Shown: positions 39,189 to 63,570, counted from the stretch's first letter. The stretch is DNA of 64,000 nt from Octopus bimaculoides (GCF_001194135.2 NC_068993.1:208817-272816); one strand, 5' to 3'. Made by a program: numbers and translations. The notes: generated by a model from the sequence alone, not told the origin.

Positions 39189-39687
39189 ACACTCACACTC
39201 CTTTTATCCTTAGGCATCACTCACTGTTTTGATCCTGTTTGTTTTGGAAATACAAAGACAATGTAGAGATGATCTTTTAGTCTTGTAAGGAACAAAGCAA
39301 CTTTTATAGTGCTGGTGTTAGGAAGAGCTTCCAGGCAGAGGAATCATGCCAAAAAGAGGATCTACACAGTCTTGATTCTTGATCTACTTAGAAGGGGAGA
39401 GAGGGGACAATAACTCCCAACAACTGACATGTCTCAGCCATTCCAGCAGGAAAAGCAGATAGAAAATTTTGATGATTATTTTGTCTTTTCAGATATTAAG
39501 AGAGTAATTCTCCTATTTTATCTCTAAAATTGTTTTCAGGTCATGCTGAATGATAAAGAAGGTGCTTTTGAAGACTTTGATAGTGCCATCCAGCTTTGTC
39601 CCTATTACACACATGTCTTCTATAACCGAGGTTCATTCTATATGTCTCTAGAAATGTATGAAATGGCTGAAAAGGACTTTACTTCAG
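328..39687 (+). CDS. TTC6: Tetratricopeptide-repeat protein, TTC6-like (multi-exon gene; 5' end outside window, last exon not fully visible)
   Basis: 34 AG/GT-bounded exons join in frame into serial TPR units (AYWHRHLIY, AIHLDPNSWEAYYLRG, AILNCNEALAIEP, RANIYMDY, AELFNNRGVVNQ, ALAYFNAG). These motifs and the pre-TPR 'WIKEIWNTW' block match my recollection of TTC6. One exon between 10293 (phase 0) and 12186 (phase 2) is missing, probably in the 11638-11742 gap. Confidence 0.82.
830..1387 (+). mobile_element. 5' fragment of a non-LTR retrotransposon (R4/Dong-like N-terminus), interrupted by a SINE
   Basis: From ATG 1137: MSNTNVG...QRRR*DETNRMVIKCWIRGKPSRRGFQQHMKAKWNE, resembling the RRKW..EN..VM.CY..S.P..RG..KRM...W block of R4/Dong ORFs. 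The upstream GTCTAGGAGAAGGAAC motif resembles LINE 5'UTRs. Confidence 0.5.
1388..1598 (+). mobile_element. tRNA-derived SINE, family A (decayed copy)
   Basis: Aligns by eye with the copies at 5931 and 17342 (TTCAAATTCC...TTTCATCCTTT.GGGGT.GATAAA..AG.ACCAG...GGCCTTGTG). Confidence 0.75.
1885..1912 (+). CDS. TTC6: TTC6-like 28-nt microexon (tentative)
   Basis: tttatttctag|...|gtcagt; LADKETVAE; phase 0 to 1, fits both neighbours. Confidence 0.55.
2045..2093 (+). CDS. TTC6: TTC6-like exon
   Basis: ttttacacag|...|gtaagt; STTLVKSTDKVPSAV; phase 1 to 2. Confidence 0.6.
2846..2906. repeat. (TA)n/(TG)n compound microsatellite
   Basis: Seen directly in the sequence. Confidence 0.95.
3374..3505 (+). 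CDS. TTC6: TTC6-like exon
   Basis: tgtttcag|...|gtaata; EASGHEGAGVCPSASYLATPGQPSSAARGSLSADNIFRTLRMS; phase 2 to 2. Confidence 0.6.
3632..3706 (+). CDS. TTC6: TTC6-like exon (acceptor uncertain)
   Basis: Strong donor gtaaga at 3707; DERGKFLSPDDVYSVESSFTERAP; phase continuity requires the weak AAG acceptor ending at 3631. Confidence 0.45.
4030..4107 (+). CDS. TTC6: TTC6-like exon
   Basis: ttacag|...|gtattt; (W)FLTEQSLVPCIFGGENDSGRTNTHT; phase 2 to 2. Confidence 0.55.
4200..5052 (-). mobile_element. Ty3/gypsy LTR retrotransposon remnant: 5' LTR (5052-4792), degenerate PBS, broken gag
   Basis: TG...ATAACA-bounded 261-bp LTR, then GTGTTGACAAG (PBS-like). gag from 4749 reads MEDLL..poly-Q..SIEEFTYNPEEG and continues after frameshifts as WMDEKKVRLLLRKLSPAE..EKFCNYIL..KP...FEETIKLLSKIF...DMFKCLIFVQ. 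Confidence 0.85.
5704..5814 (+). CDS. TTC6: TTC6-like exon containing an in-frame TGA (5738-5740); alternative start 5743
   Basis: ttttattttt cag|...|gtaaca; RKRKGTASDYF*RLCNWSPQTFILRCVDIINSDQED; phase 2 to 2. Confidence 0.4.
5931..6150 (+). mobile_element. tRNA-derived SINE, family A (near full length)
   Basis: GTAAGGCGG..CTGGCAGAAGCGTTAGC head, B-box-like GAGTTCAAATTCC, central GTCGACTTT..TTTCATCCT.TCGGGGTC domain (Meta/V-SINE-like; name unverified), tail GGGCCTTGTGCCTAGAGTAGAAAAGAAT. Further partial copies near 15150, 22100, 38350(-), 44520(-), 45060(-), 59880(-). Confidence 0.8.
6343..6417 (+). CDS. TTC6: TTC6-like exon
   Basis: Long T tract, ccacag|...|gtaaga; LHPAAVESEPSYFDIETFAKQRGK; phase 2 to 2. 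Confidence 0.7.
7304..7450 (+). CDS. TTC6: TTC6-like exon
   Basis: ttacag|...|gtaatg; SDLDIDVWIKEIWNTWSSEISPGF...LLQCTF; phase 2 to 2. Confidence 0.8.
7700..8880 (+). mobile_element. Decayed RTE-X-like LINE fragment (end of endonuclease to start of RT)
   Basis: AYNSFTSLASVHRILSEQIKLSL...FDWYILKRD...; ITFVDFSKVFDSIHRYKMFKIL*AYGIPEK; multiple stops and frameshifts. Confidence 0.75.
9204..9285 (+). CDS. TTC6: TTC6-like exon
   Basis: ttccag|...|gtaggt; PKIASDISFDDFLKSAISIEFNITDYQ; phase 2 to 0. Confidence 0.75.
10195..10293 (+). CDS. TTC6: TTC6-like exon (first TPR)
   Basis: ctttcag|...|gtatac; TLMEEIEYLSKKILHCVPPSTDDVYKRGILYLK. Confidence 0.85.
12186..12329 (+). CDS. TTC6: TTC6-like exon
   Basis: tttag|...|gtgagt; VIKEDPGYMKAYWHRHLIYIYKGSYLPALDDLKVI... 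Confidence 0.9.
12464..12555. repeat. Perfect 46-bp tandem duplication
   Basis: TGCTTTCTTCACTCATTCACCAACCTCTTTACAGAGTTCACTGAGT x2. Confidence 0.95.
13392..13512 (+). CDS. TTC6: TTC6-like exon
   Basis: GLVYAKLEEPANSIHNFSNAIQCNPADDLAYLYRAQLYQM; AG/GT bounded. Confidence 0.9.
14543..14649 (+). CDS. TTC6: TTC6-like exon
   Basis: GGYIQAAISDYQNVIDLHPLNSVIILKHATLSMKI; phase 0 to 2. Confidence 0.88.
15354..15548 (+). CDS. TTC6: TTC6-like exon
   Basis: KWNLALADFDKLIE...RAKIYIELKKFQLALKDLCDAIHLDPNSWEAYYLRGYLLK. Confidence 0.92.
16618..16731 (+). CDS. TTC6: TTC6-like exon
   Basis: HNIKQAVSDFSLSLFLNDKQENMTSYYQRGQLYMKLE. Confidence 0.9.
17342..17554 (+). mobile_element. SINE family A copy with 16-bp TSD and internal TTAGGG repeats
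   Basis: ATTATTCTACTCTCCT at 17326-17341 and 17555-17570 flanks the insertion; body matches the 5931 copy. Confidence 0.85.
17896..18009 (+). CDS. TTC6: TTC6-like exon (GAG acceptor)
   Basis: IHQAISDFLCILQFQPNHVNSLLTLGHIYSRYIQNYK; acceptor tcgag, donor gtatgt. Confidence 0.85.
19028..19355 (+). mobile_element. tRNA-derived CORE-like SINE, family B
   Basis: A box TGGCTCAGTGG, B box GAGTTTGAATCCC, CORE-like GTGTTCTTGAGCAAAACACTT; the same head region with a different tail occurs at about 50140-50410. Confidence 0.75.
19582..19675 (+). CDS. TTC6: TTC6-like exon
   Basis: ALMYYTHVINLEPTSIRGYFSRAQVYQKLEQ. Confidence 0.9.
20776..20850 (+). CDS. TTC6: TTC6-like exon
   Basis: YSDALKDLIIVIHIQPNNYRGYLHL. 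Confidence 0.88.
22812..22864 (+). CDS. TTC6: TTC6-like exon
   Basis: GYINLKLGNFALSHAFL; phase 0 to 2. Confidence 0.85.
22981..23374 (-). mobile_element. Full-length tRNA-derived SINE, family C (octopus-type)
   Basis: GGCGCAGGAGTGGCTGTGTGG (A box)...GGTTCAGTCCC (B box), CORE-like TTGGGCAAGTGTCTT, internal CA/TA microsatellite, GAGTAAAAGA tail; partial copies near 6480, 34130, 50530, 52170, 54470, 60220. Confidence 0.85.
23762..23849 (+). CDS. TTC6: TTC6-like exon
   Basis: LAAERSSETGIGLTSEMSMVHLFLGNIST; phase 2 to 0. Confidence 0.82.
24533..24882. mobile_element. MITE / foldback element with 92-bp terminal inverted repeats
   Basis: 24533-24624 is the reverse complement of 24791-24882 with about 3 mismatches; the ends are TATA; non-coding 166-bp core. 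Confidence 0.85.
24924..25061 (+). CDS. TTC6: TTC6-like exon
   Basis: ALDILKYNIIKDPCSIPLLQMLAKVQIVDFRYREALQTYFLMKDIM. Confidence 0.88.
25860..26000 (+). CDS. TTC6: TTC6-like exon
   Basis: KPEKKIWPEGADDLFYDIGRVHMKLEEYEEAFNAFNQALKINRCHKD. Confidence 0.9.
26092..26280 (+). repeat. Abundant unclassified dispersed repeat (family D)
   Basis: TTGTTTA.CCCC.GGTCAG...TACATTATCCAATGTG..TT..AAGATGGTAG...GCTATTTCTAGCAG; decayed copies near 8880, 10860, 19895, 23970, 27650, 33480, 35065, 45780(-), 51700, 61010(-). Confidence 0.65.
26395..26600 (+). mobile_element. RTE-clade LINE endonuclease C-terminal fragment
   Basis: LTVRNSIFLQKK..HPNSDRHLIDSIMVKSANFKDVLLIHAMWGNDCWRDHCLI resembles the RTE/BovB HPRSKHWHLIDY...DV..TRAMRGADC.TDH.L block. 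Confidence 0.6.
27820..28089. repeat. Minisatellite, 9 x 30 bp (AAACATTCTAATTAAATATAAATACTTCAT)
   Basis: Eight identical units plus a ninth with two substitutions; no spacers. Confidence 0.97.
28152..28250 (+). CDS. TTC6: TTC6-like exon
   Basis: AIYYRGIVKIHLNMCDFIRDFNKSLASNRRNAQ. Confidence 0.9.
29608..29649 (+). ncRNA. Minimal type-I hammerhead ribozyme motif (Penelope-like element type)
   Basis: GATAT-CTGAAGA-A-GGAAT(TTTTAT)ATTCC-GAA-ATAT-T-ATATC: helix I 5 bp, catalytic core, helix II 5 bp, loopless palindromic helix III. Confidence 0.65.
30051..30166 (+). CDS. TTC6: TTC6-like exon
   Basis: VFLSRACYFGMLKNYPKAILNCNEALAIEPQNIKGLLY. Confidence 0.93.
30511..30649 (+). CDS. TTC6: TTC6-like exon
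   Basis: GALKYFIGAYKFAIIDLTEAIKIHNHVAVTYLNRAICYAAYGKKTK. Confidence 0.93.
30677..31960 (-). mobile_element. Decayed mariner (Hsmar1/cecropia-like, DD34D) transposon, 1284 bp
   Basis: Degenerate TIRs of about 35 bp flanked by TA. Transposase pseudogene 31773-30751: MELSKHGIRPILLFNF..GRKAAETA..., WVPHDL, VVTCDEKW, LHDNARQH, HPAYSPD, with stops and frameshifts. Confidence 0.95.
32127..32180 (+). CDS. TTC6: TTC6-like exon
   Basis: ALRDYAIALLIGGKMDYK. Confidence 0.9.
32371..32504 (+). CDS. TTC6: TTC6-like exon
   Basis: VYVNRGLLYYSLNDISNAFNDFKSAIKIYGGDHRVFHILGLILH. Confidence 0.93.
33154..33288 (+). CDS. TTC6: TTC6-like exon
   Basis: LERLDVALKVFTRSIILQPTFQEAFISRANIYMDYLTDENNQLA. Confidence 0.93.
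34610..34746 (+). CDS. TTC6: TTC6-like exon
   Basis: CDYQRAIKLNPTNCLAYVSLGIFLQVERNFQLAWHQFTNAILINP; phase 2 to 1. Confidence 0.92.
36455..36594 (+). CDS. TTC6: TTC6-like exon
   Basis: YQPAYEARAILNLQMGSKYPAFQDLTLALQISPTAELFNNRGVVNQ. Confidence 0.93.
37251..37373 (+). CDS. TTC6: TTC6-like exon
   Basis: MMNSLVAALHDYYKAIETDRTFALAYFNAGTLHLQGRFFKQ. Confidence 0.93.
37921..38213. repeat. Perfect 59-bp direct repeat (37921-37979, 38155-38213) around 175 bp
   Basis: AATGGACCTTTCACC...CAGTGTTGTTACT is identical in both copies. Confidence 0.95.
38241..38318 (+). CDS. TTC6: TTC6-like exon
   Basis: ALVYLNRAIMLDKQNECAYINRAITK. Confidence 0.92.
39130..39183. repeat. (CT)n microsatellite
   Basis: Seen directly in the sequence; many other CA, TA and CAT microsatellites occur across the window (e.g. 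4941-4983, 40213-40242). Confidence 0.95.
39540..39687 (+). CDS. TTC6: TTC6-like exon (last clearly visible)
   Basis: VMLNDKEGAFEDFDSAIQLCPYYTHVFYNRGSFYMSLEMYEMAEKDFTS; phase-1 donor gtagag. Confidence 0.92.
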
Positions 39688-40342
39688 GTAGAGATTACTT
39701 TCCATATTTACTTGATATCTAAATATTAATCTAATTTGTGGCTGTGACTTTATTGTATGTGGTAGATACAAACGAACTGTTAGCAAGAAGAATTCTCATT
39801 GAGTATGTTTCTTCAGTCACTGAAAATGCTTGCTAGAAATAACTGGCTGCTTTTGTTACCTTAGGCAATTAAGTGAAGGTGGAAACAAAACGATAAATCC
39901 AAGTGTTTGAATTAATTTTGAAAATAGCTCTTCTTAAATTTAAACATTCAGTTCACATTTTGATGTACATTTGAAGATTTTTAAATAAGACAAGTCAGAT
40001 ATAAAAGATTTGGGTGTATGTGGTTTAGTTTACTCTCTTTAAAATAAATGCAATAAAGCATTGCTTTGATGATCCATTGGGCATTAAGCATCCAATTGTA
40101 CTTGGAACATCCAATACAGAGATCCAAACAACCACAATGGGTGAAATATAAGCAGGAAACAGATGATATAAACTTGTGTTCATTACAATTTCTATTATAT
40201 ATATATATATATATCATCATCATCATCATCATCATCATCATCNNNNNNNNNNNNNNNNNNNNNNNNNNNNNNNNNNNNNNNNNNNNNNNNNNNNNNNNNN
40301 NNNNNNNNNNNNNNNNNNNNNNNNNNNNNNNNNNNNNNNNNN

Positions 40343-40606
40343 TTGACATGCGTTGATCTTGAGTACAATGTCTGCTTTTCTGCTCTCAGGGGGAACATCT
40401 TAGTCAGAAATCTGATAAAGTTACCAATGCTACCTCCTGCAACAATGAAACTCTATGATAAGGAATCGTCTTTAGAACACACAGATACTAAAATAGGAAC
40501 TTTTCCAAATGTTTGCTATTGTTTGTTGAATATCTTAAATGGAAATACAAAAAGCTGGAATCATCAGAGCCAGAACCGAAGTCTGCTGGGTGGAAGCATA
40601 ACCTGA
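40343..40606 (+). CDS. Candidate 3' part of the TTC6-like terminal exon (start hidden in gap)
   Basis: Frame is open from the gap edge for 87 codons (LTCVDLEYNV...KLPMLPP...GGSIT*). The expected last TPR exon is not found elsewhere. No recognisable motif. Confidence 0.35.
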   Translation: MTCVDLEYNVCFSALRGNILVRNLIKLPMLPPATMKLYDKESSLEHTDTKIGTFPNVCYCLLNILNGNTKSWNHQSQNRSLLGGSIT

Positions 40607-41308
40607 AAATAACTAAAAGAAAAAATATATCCAACAATCACAAAACTGTTCGGCAAAGATTAACAAATGGATTAGTGAATAGATTTATTCATTAACAGAT
40701 TTTTTTGCTTAGTCTATTTACACTGAAAAAGATTTCAGATTAGTTTAGCAAAATGCTTTTTTTCGTTTTTTTGTATAACGTTCACAATTTCTGCAAAATA
40801 TTGTTATAGAATATAACAATTTATAGTGAATTTCTAAACTTCTTTCAGTTAATATACATTTTAAATCCAAAGGAAAATTCTATAACAAAATGTTTATCAT
40901 GCTTTCAACATCTGAAACATTACAAAAATGCTTCTAAAATGACCCCAGTATTATTGGTTCTGCTGGAATTTGTTTTCTTGCTTTTTGATTAATTTTCAAA
41001 CCTGTAATTTAACTCTTCTAGGATATTCTTAGAAGAGAACATGATTAAAAAAATTTTCCAAATTCTCTAAAATCAAATTTCATTTTTTTAACCCTTGAAT
41101 TTTTTTTTCATTGTTTGAAGATGAAAGGCAAAACTGAAAAAGGAAACAAAAGTTAATTTATTTTTAATTTTACCTTTCATACACAAGTGTCAAGAAAAGA
41201 ATTAAATGCTAAAACGATGAGAATGGAAATATAATGAAAGCTAAAAATGGAGTGTGTGTGTGTGATGTGTGGCATTAATAATGATGATGTTGAGGTAGAC
41301 AGAAAGCG

Positions 41309-56286
<14,978 letters not shown>

Positions 56287-56829
56287 TTTCGTTTCTAGTT
56301 AACAACAAAAAAAAGCTGAACAATTCTTAAAAAAAGATATTTTCCTGTTACAAAAATATAAATGGTTTTCTTTTTGTGCTTCTTTTTTTTTTTTTTTTAC
56401 TTTGTCCCCTTGTTACAGCATAAAACAGAAATGTAACTTTCTTTCCATTTCTTTGAAATAATATTTAGTTCATACACTTTTCTTCAAAATCATAAAATTT
56501 GGGTTTGGTTGAGGGTAAAACCTACAAAACAGAAGTAGTTACAATATTATATTAATAAAGTTTGAGATGTACAATGTCAGTTAAAATCAGTTATTAAATT
56601 AAATGGAATTCTCTTCTTTTTTTTATTTCATTTAGTTCATCCATGACTATAATATTTATAATATATTGTGTTTCAACTAATTTTGCAAATAGTCACCCAT
56701 ATTGTAAACCAGGTAGTTCAGGATGGCGTCATACCCAATGACTCGCGTAGCAGCACACTAGAGTCAACTGCTACAAAGGTAAAGGTGATGCTTTAGATAG
56801 AACTACAGAAGTATCAAACAGCTGAATCA

Positions 56830-57290
56830 GGTGATGAAGGTCACAGAGAGGGTCACAGCTCAGCTAATTAGGAAGAGAGCCTGCTTAGAGGAGATGCCAA
56901 GTAGAGGCACCCCTGATGCCATATTCCTGGTACGGCAACTGCAGGAGATATACCTAACCAAAGATAAACCCCTATATTTGGCTTTTGTGGACTTGGAGAA
57001 AGCCTTTGACAGGGTCCCCCGATCCCTTATCTGGTGGGTGATGTGGAAACTAGGGATTGACCAATGGTTAATAAGGGCTGGACAGCCTCTATACAGAGAG
57101 GCCATTAGTAAGTTTAGGATTGACAATGAGTATAGTGAAGAATTCCAGGTAGAAGTAGGGGTCCACCAAGGATCAGCCCTCAGCTCCCTCTTATTCATCA
57201 TAGTCCTCCAGGCAATAACAGAGGAATTCAAGACAGGTTGCCCATGAGAGCTCCTCTATGCTGATAACCTGGCCCTCATACCAGAATCAC
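56830..57290 (+). mobile_element. RTE-clade LINE reverse-transcriptase fragment, antisense to ZC3H11A
   Basis: RGTPDAIFLVRQLQE...LAFVDLEKAFDRVPR...GVHQGSALSSLLFIIVL...GCP*ELLYADNLAL. Confidence 0.93.
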
Positions 57291-57508
57291 TACTTTGCCA
57301 AAATAAAGGAACAATTTTATTTTTCTATTGGCATTAATCAGAGAGAGCATTTATATTATTATAAACAATGTGTTGAGAGTATATTAGATATAGCAAAACG
57401 GATATAATATATTCAGAATATCTATTTGAGCCAAGCTGATCATGTCACACAACCATCAGCTTTCTAGAATTAATAGTAATAAGACAATAAAAATCATTAA
57501 AGACTTAC

Positions 57509-57607
57509 CTCAATTAACATTTTATGGAAGATTTCGCTTGAGGATCCATCTTTTAAGAATATTTCGATCAGATCCAGTTTATATATAATAAACTAACTGT
57601 TACTAAC
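57509..57607 (-). other. Predicted 5'UTR exon of ZC3H11A
   Basis: TTTAAATTTCTGTAG| ... TGAG|GTAAGT; the first strong exon-like unit upstream of the ATG exon; contains two ATGs. Confidence 0.55.
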
Positions 57608-60600
57608 CTACAGAAATTTAAATAAAATTTATTAACTACAACAATTGTACCCTACCCTTTTATCCTATTCCCATTGTAGACAGGGTTCAAGCAACTATGG
57701 AACCAATTCTGAGTCAAACAAGACAAAAAAAAAAAAACAGCTCAACTTCCACTGTTCGTCACCAGCAAAAGAGAAGACCAATATTAAATCAACAATATCC
57801 AACAGATTTCTTACAAAATTCTGAAAAACTGAAAGAAAAACTTATTTCCAAAATTCCTAAATTTAATAAATAATATTTACTGAAATATATATTCCAAAGT
57901 ATGAAACTGAACAACTTGAACCAATTCTAGAAGTCTTTAACTTCTACCATCACAATGTTCCATTTTACAAATTACTACGATATACAGAGTAAACATTTGA
58001 AAGTCACAATTAAACCATCTATATTTAATCAAATATTGATGGGATTTAACAGAAAATAGTCATTTATTAAAAATCTATATTGATGAACTTCTAAACAATT
58101 ATTGCTAACTTTCGAGGTTGATAATTATACATTGCAACAAACTAGTAATTGAGAAGTAAGAAGTAATTAGAAGAAAGTTTGAAAGAGAACAGAAAAATAA
58201 ATTCCAGATAAGTGATCGTTTAGAATTGGTTTCAGGTAAACCAACTTTCTTAATGAGACCAGAGCTAAATATCAAGATATGACAATTAATACAAATGCTG
58301 GGAGTCAAGAGGAGATAAAATTAGTCAATATTAGGGTAATCTTTTCTTCCCCTCACCCCATTATTTTATTCCTTCATTATAGCAATAACACAGCTGGGAA
58401 CCAAATATTTCAATCTGTTTATTCTAGTATTTCCAACAGCCAATCAAAACCAAAAGGATTGAGTTTCTTATAGAATCAAAGAAACACTGGAAAGTTCAAA
58501 ATAATACCCGGTCTGTGAGCTCACACTTCCACCATTCGTAACTCGTTCACAAAAAGTCGCTTTAGTCATAATCAAGCTGCCAGTTTGTAAAAGGCTTTAA
58601 TATCAAGTGACCTTAGGGGATTTGGGCTTTTTTCATTTCTTGGGTTTGCAAACTAACCAGTAATAAGAAATTTCTAAATTACAGCTCAAGTTGCAGAGTG
58701 GCACTTTTCTAATATCTTTTAGGAGAATGAAGATTGAAAGTTTAAATGTGTCATTAGCATAAAGTTGGTTAACATTGGAAAAATTTAGAATAGCAGAGTT
58801 TGTAAGTGAAAGATTGAAAAATGTCTATAAATGGACATTGAAAAATTGTCTCATACCAAGTGAGCATCCCTTGACTTTGGATAGAGACAAGATGGGGTGC
58901 AAACTTCTTGAGAAATTTATAAGACGGACCCTGAACCCTGACACTGTCTACAGTCGGTTGAAAATAGACAAAAGGAAAAGATTTTAAGGTAATTTAGAAA
59001 TTTATGTTTTTCCCTGCCAAGTTTTGTCAATGAAAAATAGTGTCAACTTTAAGTATTCTAAGTTTACAATAATGGTATCAAAGCTGTAGAAGGTTCATGA
59101 AAACAAAACTGTATATTAGAAGTATCCCCCAAATTTGTGCATATATCAATTAGATGTGAGCTTAATACTTAAAATATTTGTCCTCCAGTTGGAGACAGAG
59201 AGAAAATGCTAGATTGTAGGAGGCAAGAAAATTTACCATAATCCTGGTTGGCAATATATTTACTTTTAAGAGCACAAAGAGGTCAGATAATGTCCAGATG
59301 ATAACAATGGCTACATTTTTTTTTTTTATTGGTTTGTAATAATGAAGTGCTTTTATGACCTTTGCAAATCCTTGTTGCTGAACACGTGAATCAAAGTGAA
59401 ATATTAACAAGAGACAAGAACATAATGAACAGGTGCACTAATGATATCCCGACAATAAGACATGAAACTAAAAGGAAGATATACACAAAGAGAAGATTGC
59501 ACAAAACCTTTAAAACAAAGGATGAGATTTGAGTCAGAATTAATGAAATTAAAGAGTCTAAAATTTAGATTACTCACAGACAGTTTATTCTATTTTTTTC
59601 CACTTTGGTTTATTTTGACCTTATATTATAATTCAGAAACAAATAACTTGGAAAGAAACCTCTAAGTAAAAAATGTTTTTTATAAAAGAATCCATCAGAA
59701 CATAGAAGATTTCGAATTAGAAGAATTAAGATGTAAATCAACAATATTAATTGGTAATTAAGAGTCATCAATAGCATGAGTCTTCATATAGAGCTTAACA
59801 AAAATTTCCAAAACTAGATCCTAAATCATAGACCTTGTATAATGGTGTACAACCAGTTAAATAAACCCCTTCAAAGAGACGAAAGATAAAGTTGACCCCA
59901 ATGGGATATGAACTCAGAACTTAAAGAACTGCAACTAAATATTGCAGAGCGGTTTGTCTGATACTCTACCAATTCTGCCGTTTAGCTAAACAGCAGCAGT
60001 AGAGCAATAACAGCATAAATAATAGAGAACAGGCAGAATATTTGCTTTGAGAACTGACCATCTGAATTATGTGAAAATGACGAAATGTTTAATTAAAATG
60101 TTAATGAGGAAGTTATTGTTACTTAATCTTTGAAAATACAAGAACATCACTAACTGAGAGCTGAGGTTCAGGCATCAGTCAGTTAAATATTAGTTATTGT
60201 TTTCTATAAATCTTTTTTCTTTCACTTGTGTCAGTCATTAGATGGTGACCATGGGGCACTGCCTACAGTAGAAGACACTTACCCAATGTGCCACACAGTG
60301 GGACTGAACCCGAAACCATGTAGATGGGAAGCAAACTTCTTGGTGAAGAACTGATATAAATTTGTTAAGTGTTAGACAAGCTAACTGACAACTGGCTGGA
60401 ATAGATTTCGTCTTTCATCCTTCCCAGATACAAGATTAGGATCATTATTAATCTAGTGTTAGAAACTAATATTCATTATTAGTTTAATATTCAATTAAAT
60501 AACTAGATATAATTTTGAAAAGGTTTGCCAGTTAAAAAATATAGTTATCTAAAATAAATAGGCCTCCTACGCAAATATTCATGTAGACAAAAGAAAACTT

Positions 60601-63570
60601 ATAAAAAAATTTTTTTTTTTACCCGAACATGGAACATTTAGAAAGGACCAAGATATATCTAGAATTTCTTTGATAAACTCCATGGTATAAAACCTGGAGG
60701 TAGCCTCAGTGCAATGGATTGATCTGCTAGACATAAAGCCAAAATACACTCTCAGGTGAAAAGGAAAAGAAAAGAGCACACTAGTAGACGATTCTACTAA
60801 AAGGCGAGGTAGTCAACGCTGGAGAGCTTATGACATCTGCTAGAAAGATCAGCTGAACCATCCTCAAATAACAATCAGAATGATTCAGAACCATAATGCA
60901 GTATAAATAATGTACCGTGTTGCAAGTCAAGGGACAATTCGACTATCAGCAACATTAAAATCATTAAATATTTTAGCAGCCATAAATATTGTTGGACCAT
61001 AACTAAAACAGAGATGATACTAATCACATCTGTTAGAAAAAATAGCTAAATCACCTTTAAATCAAAATCACACTGTCGTTTAAAAGAGGGAAGAGCACCA
61101 AGATAAATGTAGTCTTTCATACTTCAAAATAGTCTGATGGAGTTCTGACTGTCATTATTATAGATCTACTCGTTGAGAGATTACGTGGAGTTAACAACAA
61201 AACCACAAAGTATATGAGCAATGTCTTGTGAACTAGTAATAAATAGAGTACAGGGTACAGAATTAAGTAAATAAAGCTTTCAAAAGATCTCATGATTAAC
61301 AAAGAACAGACAAATTGAAGAGAAATATTTCTTTAGAACCGCTTAACCCAACATCATAAAAAAACATCAAGTGTTGACGATTTAAAGAATATCCTTAAAT
61401 ACTCAACAGCAGCAACACTGACATTTTTATATGAATATATTAGTGTTAAAGGAATAACAGTGTTGACATAAAAGGTTTCAATGACTTGAATAATCGCCAG
61501 AAACCCAAGCAACGACAGAGTGAGTCATCAGTATTTTGTTTTTCAAAATAAAACATGTATTTAAGTACCCTTCCTCTCCTTTGTAACCCCCAGACGTGTT
61601 TATAATTTTAGTTCAGAAATGCAAACACTTATTACTTTATATATAATCGTCAAAACTGCTGTTGCGAATTTCTGCTTAAGATATACCTATGATTTTGTAA
61701 TTAATCAGTTAATTGACCTATATCTTTTATATGAAGCGTTAAAGTTCTAGGATTTTGGCGAACCTGTTCGACATTTGAAGCCATTCTTTCAAGAATAGTT
61801 GGTCAGCAAATATGAAGAACAAAACCACTTCTTTTCCCAGTTATTTTCTCTACATGGATATGAGAAATAGCCAGATCTCCTCAAAGTTAAGCCCTACTGT
61901 TTACAAGCGAAGACACATTAGATAACGATGTGAACCGGGGGTTAATCACCTTCCATCAGAAGTTTACTGAATCACAGTTGGCGCGGAACTAAATAATCTC
62001 TTATGAACGTGTGGCAACCTAACCAGTCTAATGTGGTAAAATCAAGTTACAGCAGAACTTTGTAACAGAACGAATATATTGAAATAGGATTCCTGAATAA
62101 ATATTCCCATCTCCATGGAATAATTTTTAGTTAAAGACATCTGAGAATAGTTTAAATATTAGAATTTGAATCCTTCCAATTTATATTCGAAAATGCCAAC
62201 CTTTGTTTTCTATTAAAATATTTACGAGAAATTGTTTAGATTTTGTGAATTATTATTACAAGACTGTTATTGACAGGTGTCACAAACAGTTCCAGGACAT
62301 GTTTATTCTCTTCGAAATAAGATTTAAATGGTGAGGGAGTCAGTTTTAGTAAAAAGGTTTAAACATTTAAACTGAAATATTCCTTACGCTTTTTTTACTT
62401 CAATAATTCAAATAAATTACGACTGTTAATTTTATAGGATTTCAATGGCAAGGTGTTCGAACTTAGGATATTAATAGAAAATTTTTGTATATAGAAAAAC
62501 AAAGTCAGCTGAAATATCAGTGAAAACTGAGAAATCATATTACAACACTTCTATAATGAGTTACATGACTAATTAAAATATGAAAACCCTTTAAATATTT
62601 TAGTCCCCTAAACACTTATACAAAGTATTTTACATTTAATAAAAACGTACAAAAGCGCTCTCAATTGTTTTAAAGCGTTTTTTTCTTTTTATACAAACAT
62701 TAACAAAAACTATTATATGTAGACAGAAATAACGCGTGTAAGATATATATAAATACGTATGTATATATATATATATATATATATACACTCACTATGTGAT
62801 TGAATATATGTAGGCTTGAAATATCAGAACCTTTTTAAAATGTTACAACACAAAAATTCCCAACAAAAGACTGAGTTTCTAATAAAGTAAAATCAATTAA
62901 GAAATATTTTGAGGTGGGACATGCAAAGAGGAAAAAAAAGACATATAAGCTTTAAACAAGATAAGTATAATGTCTAAAAACTAATTCTAAAGTCCAAACA
63001 ACTGGCTGCTATAATTTATCCTAACCGAATCTAAATTAAAATGAAGAAAGAATTAATTTTGAAAAAGACCCCAAAACAACATTTTCTAACCTTTCTCTCT
63101 CAAGTTGTGATAATAACAAGTGTTCAGCAGTAAATGATATTAGCGAAGACTTAATCTCGCACCTTCCTATTATTAATTAATAACGGAAATATATTAATTT
63201 CTCAACTAAATCTTCAATAAACTAAAAGAATACTGTTATATTGGAAATATTTTTTTAAAAGTTAATATCAAAACATTACTTTCGGTAAATAAATTACTAA
63301 TTTATTTCAACCATATTTATGGTTGTCGCTTACTGTGTGTGTGTGTGTGTGTGTGTGCAATACATTATGTGTGCGTATGTGTAAAATACACACACACATC
63401 ATACGAGTGTGTGTTTATCGACAGAAAAATAAAATATCGAAAGGGAATTGTCAACAAACAAATCATGCAATAATTTAACGAAGAGAAATTCAATTTATTT
63501 GAATAAGAGTCGATTAGTTTATTATTTAAAAAAATGAAATGAAATTGAAATACAATACATTTTTCCCTAA

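Noticed and set aside
61117-61302. 61-aa hydrophobic ORF as a small membrane protein
   Set aside because: No recognisable homology; hydrophobicity is expected from T-rich sequence; it starts at a TTA/TTG-type codon in the track.
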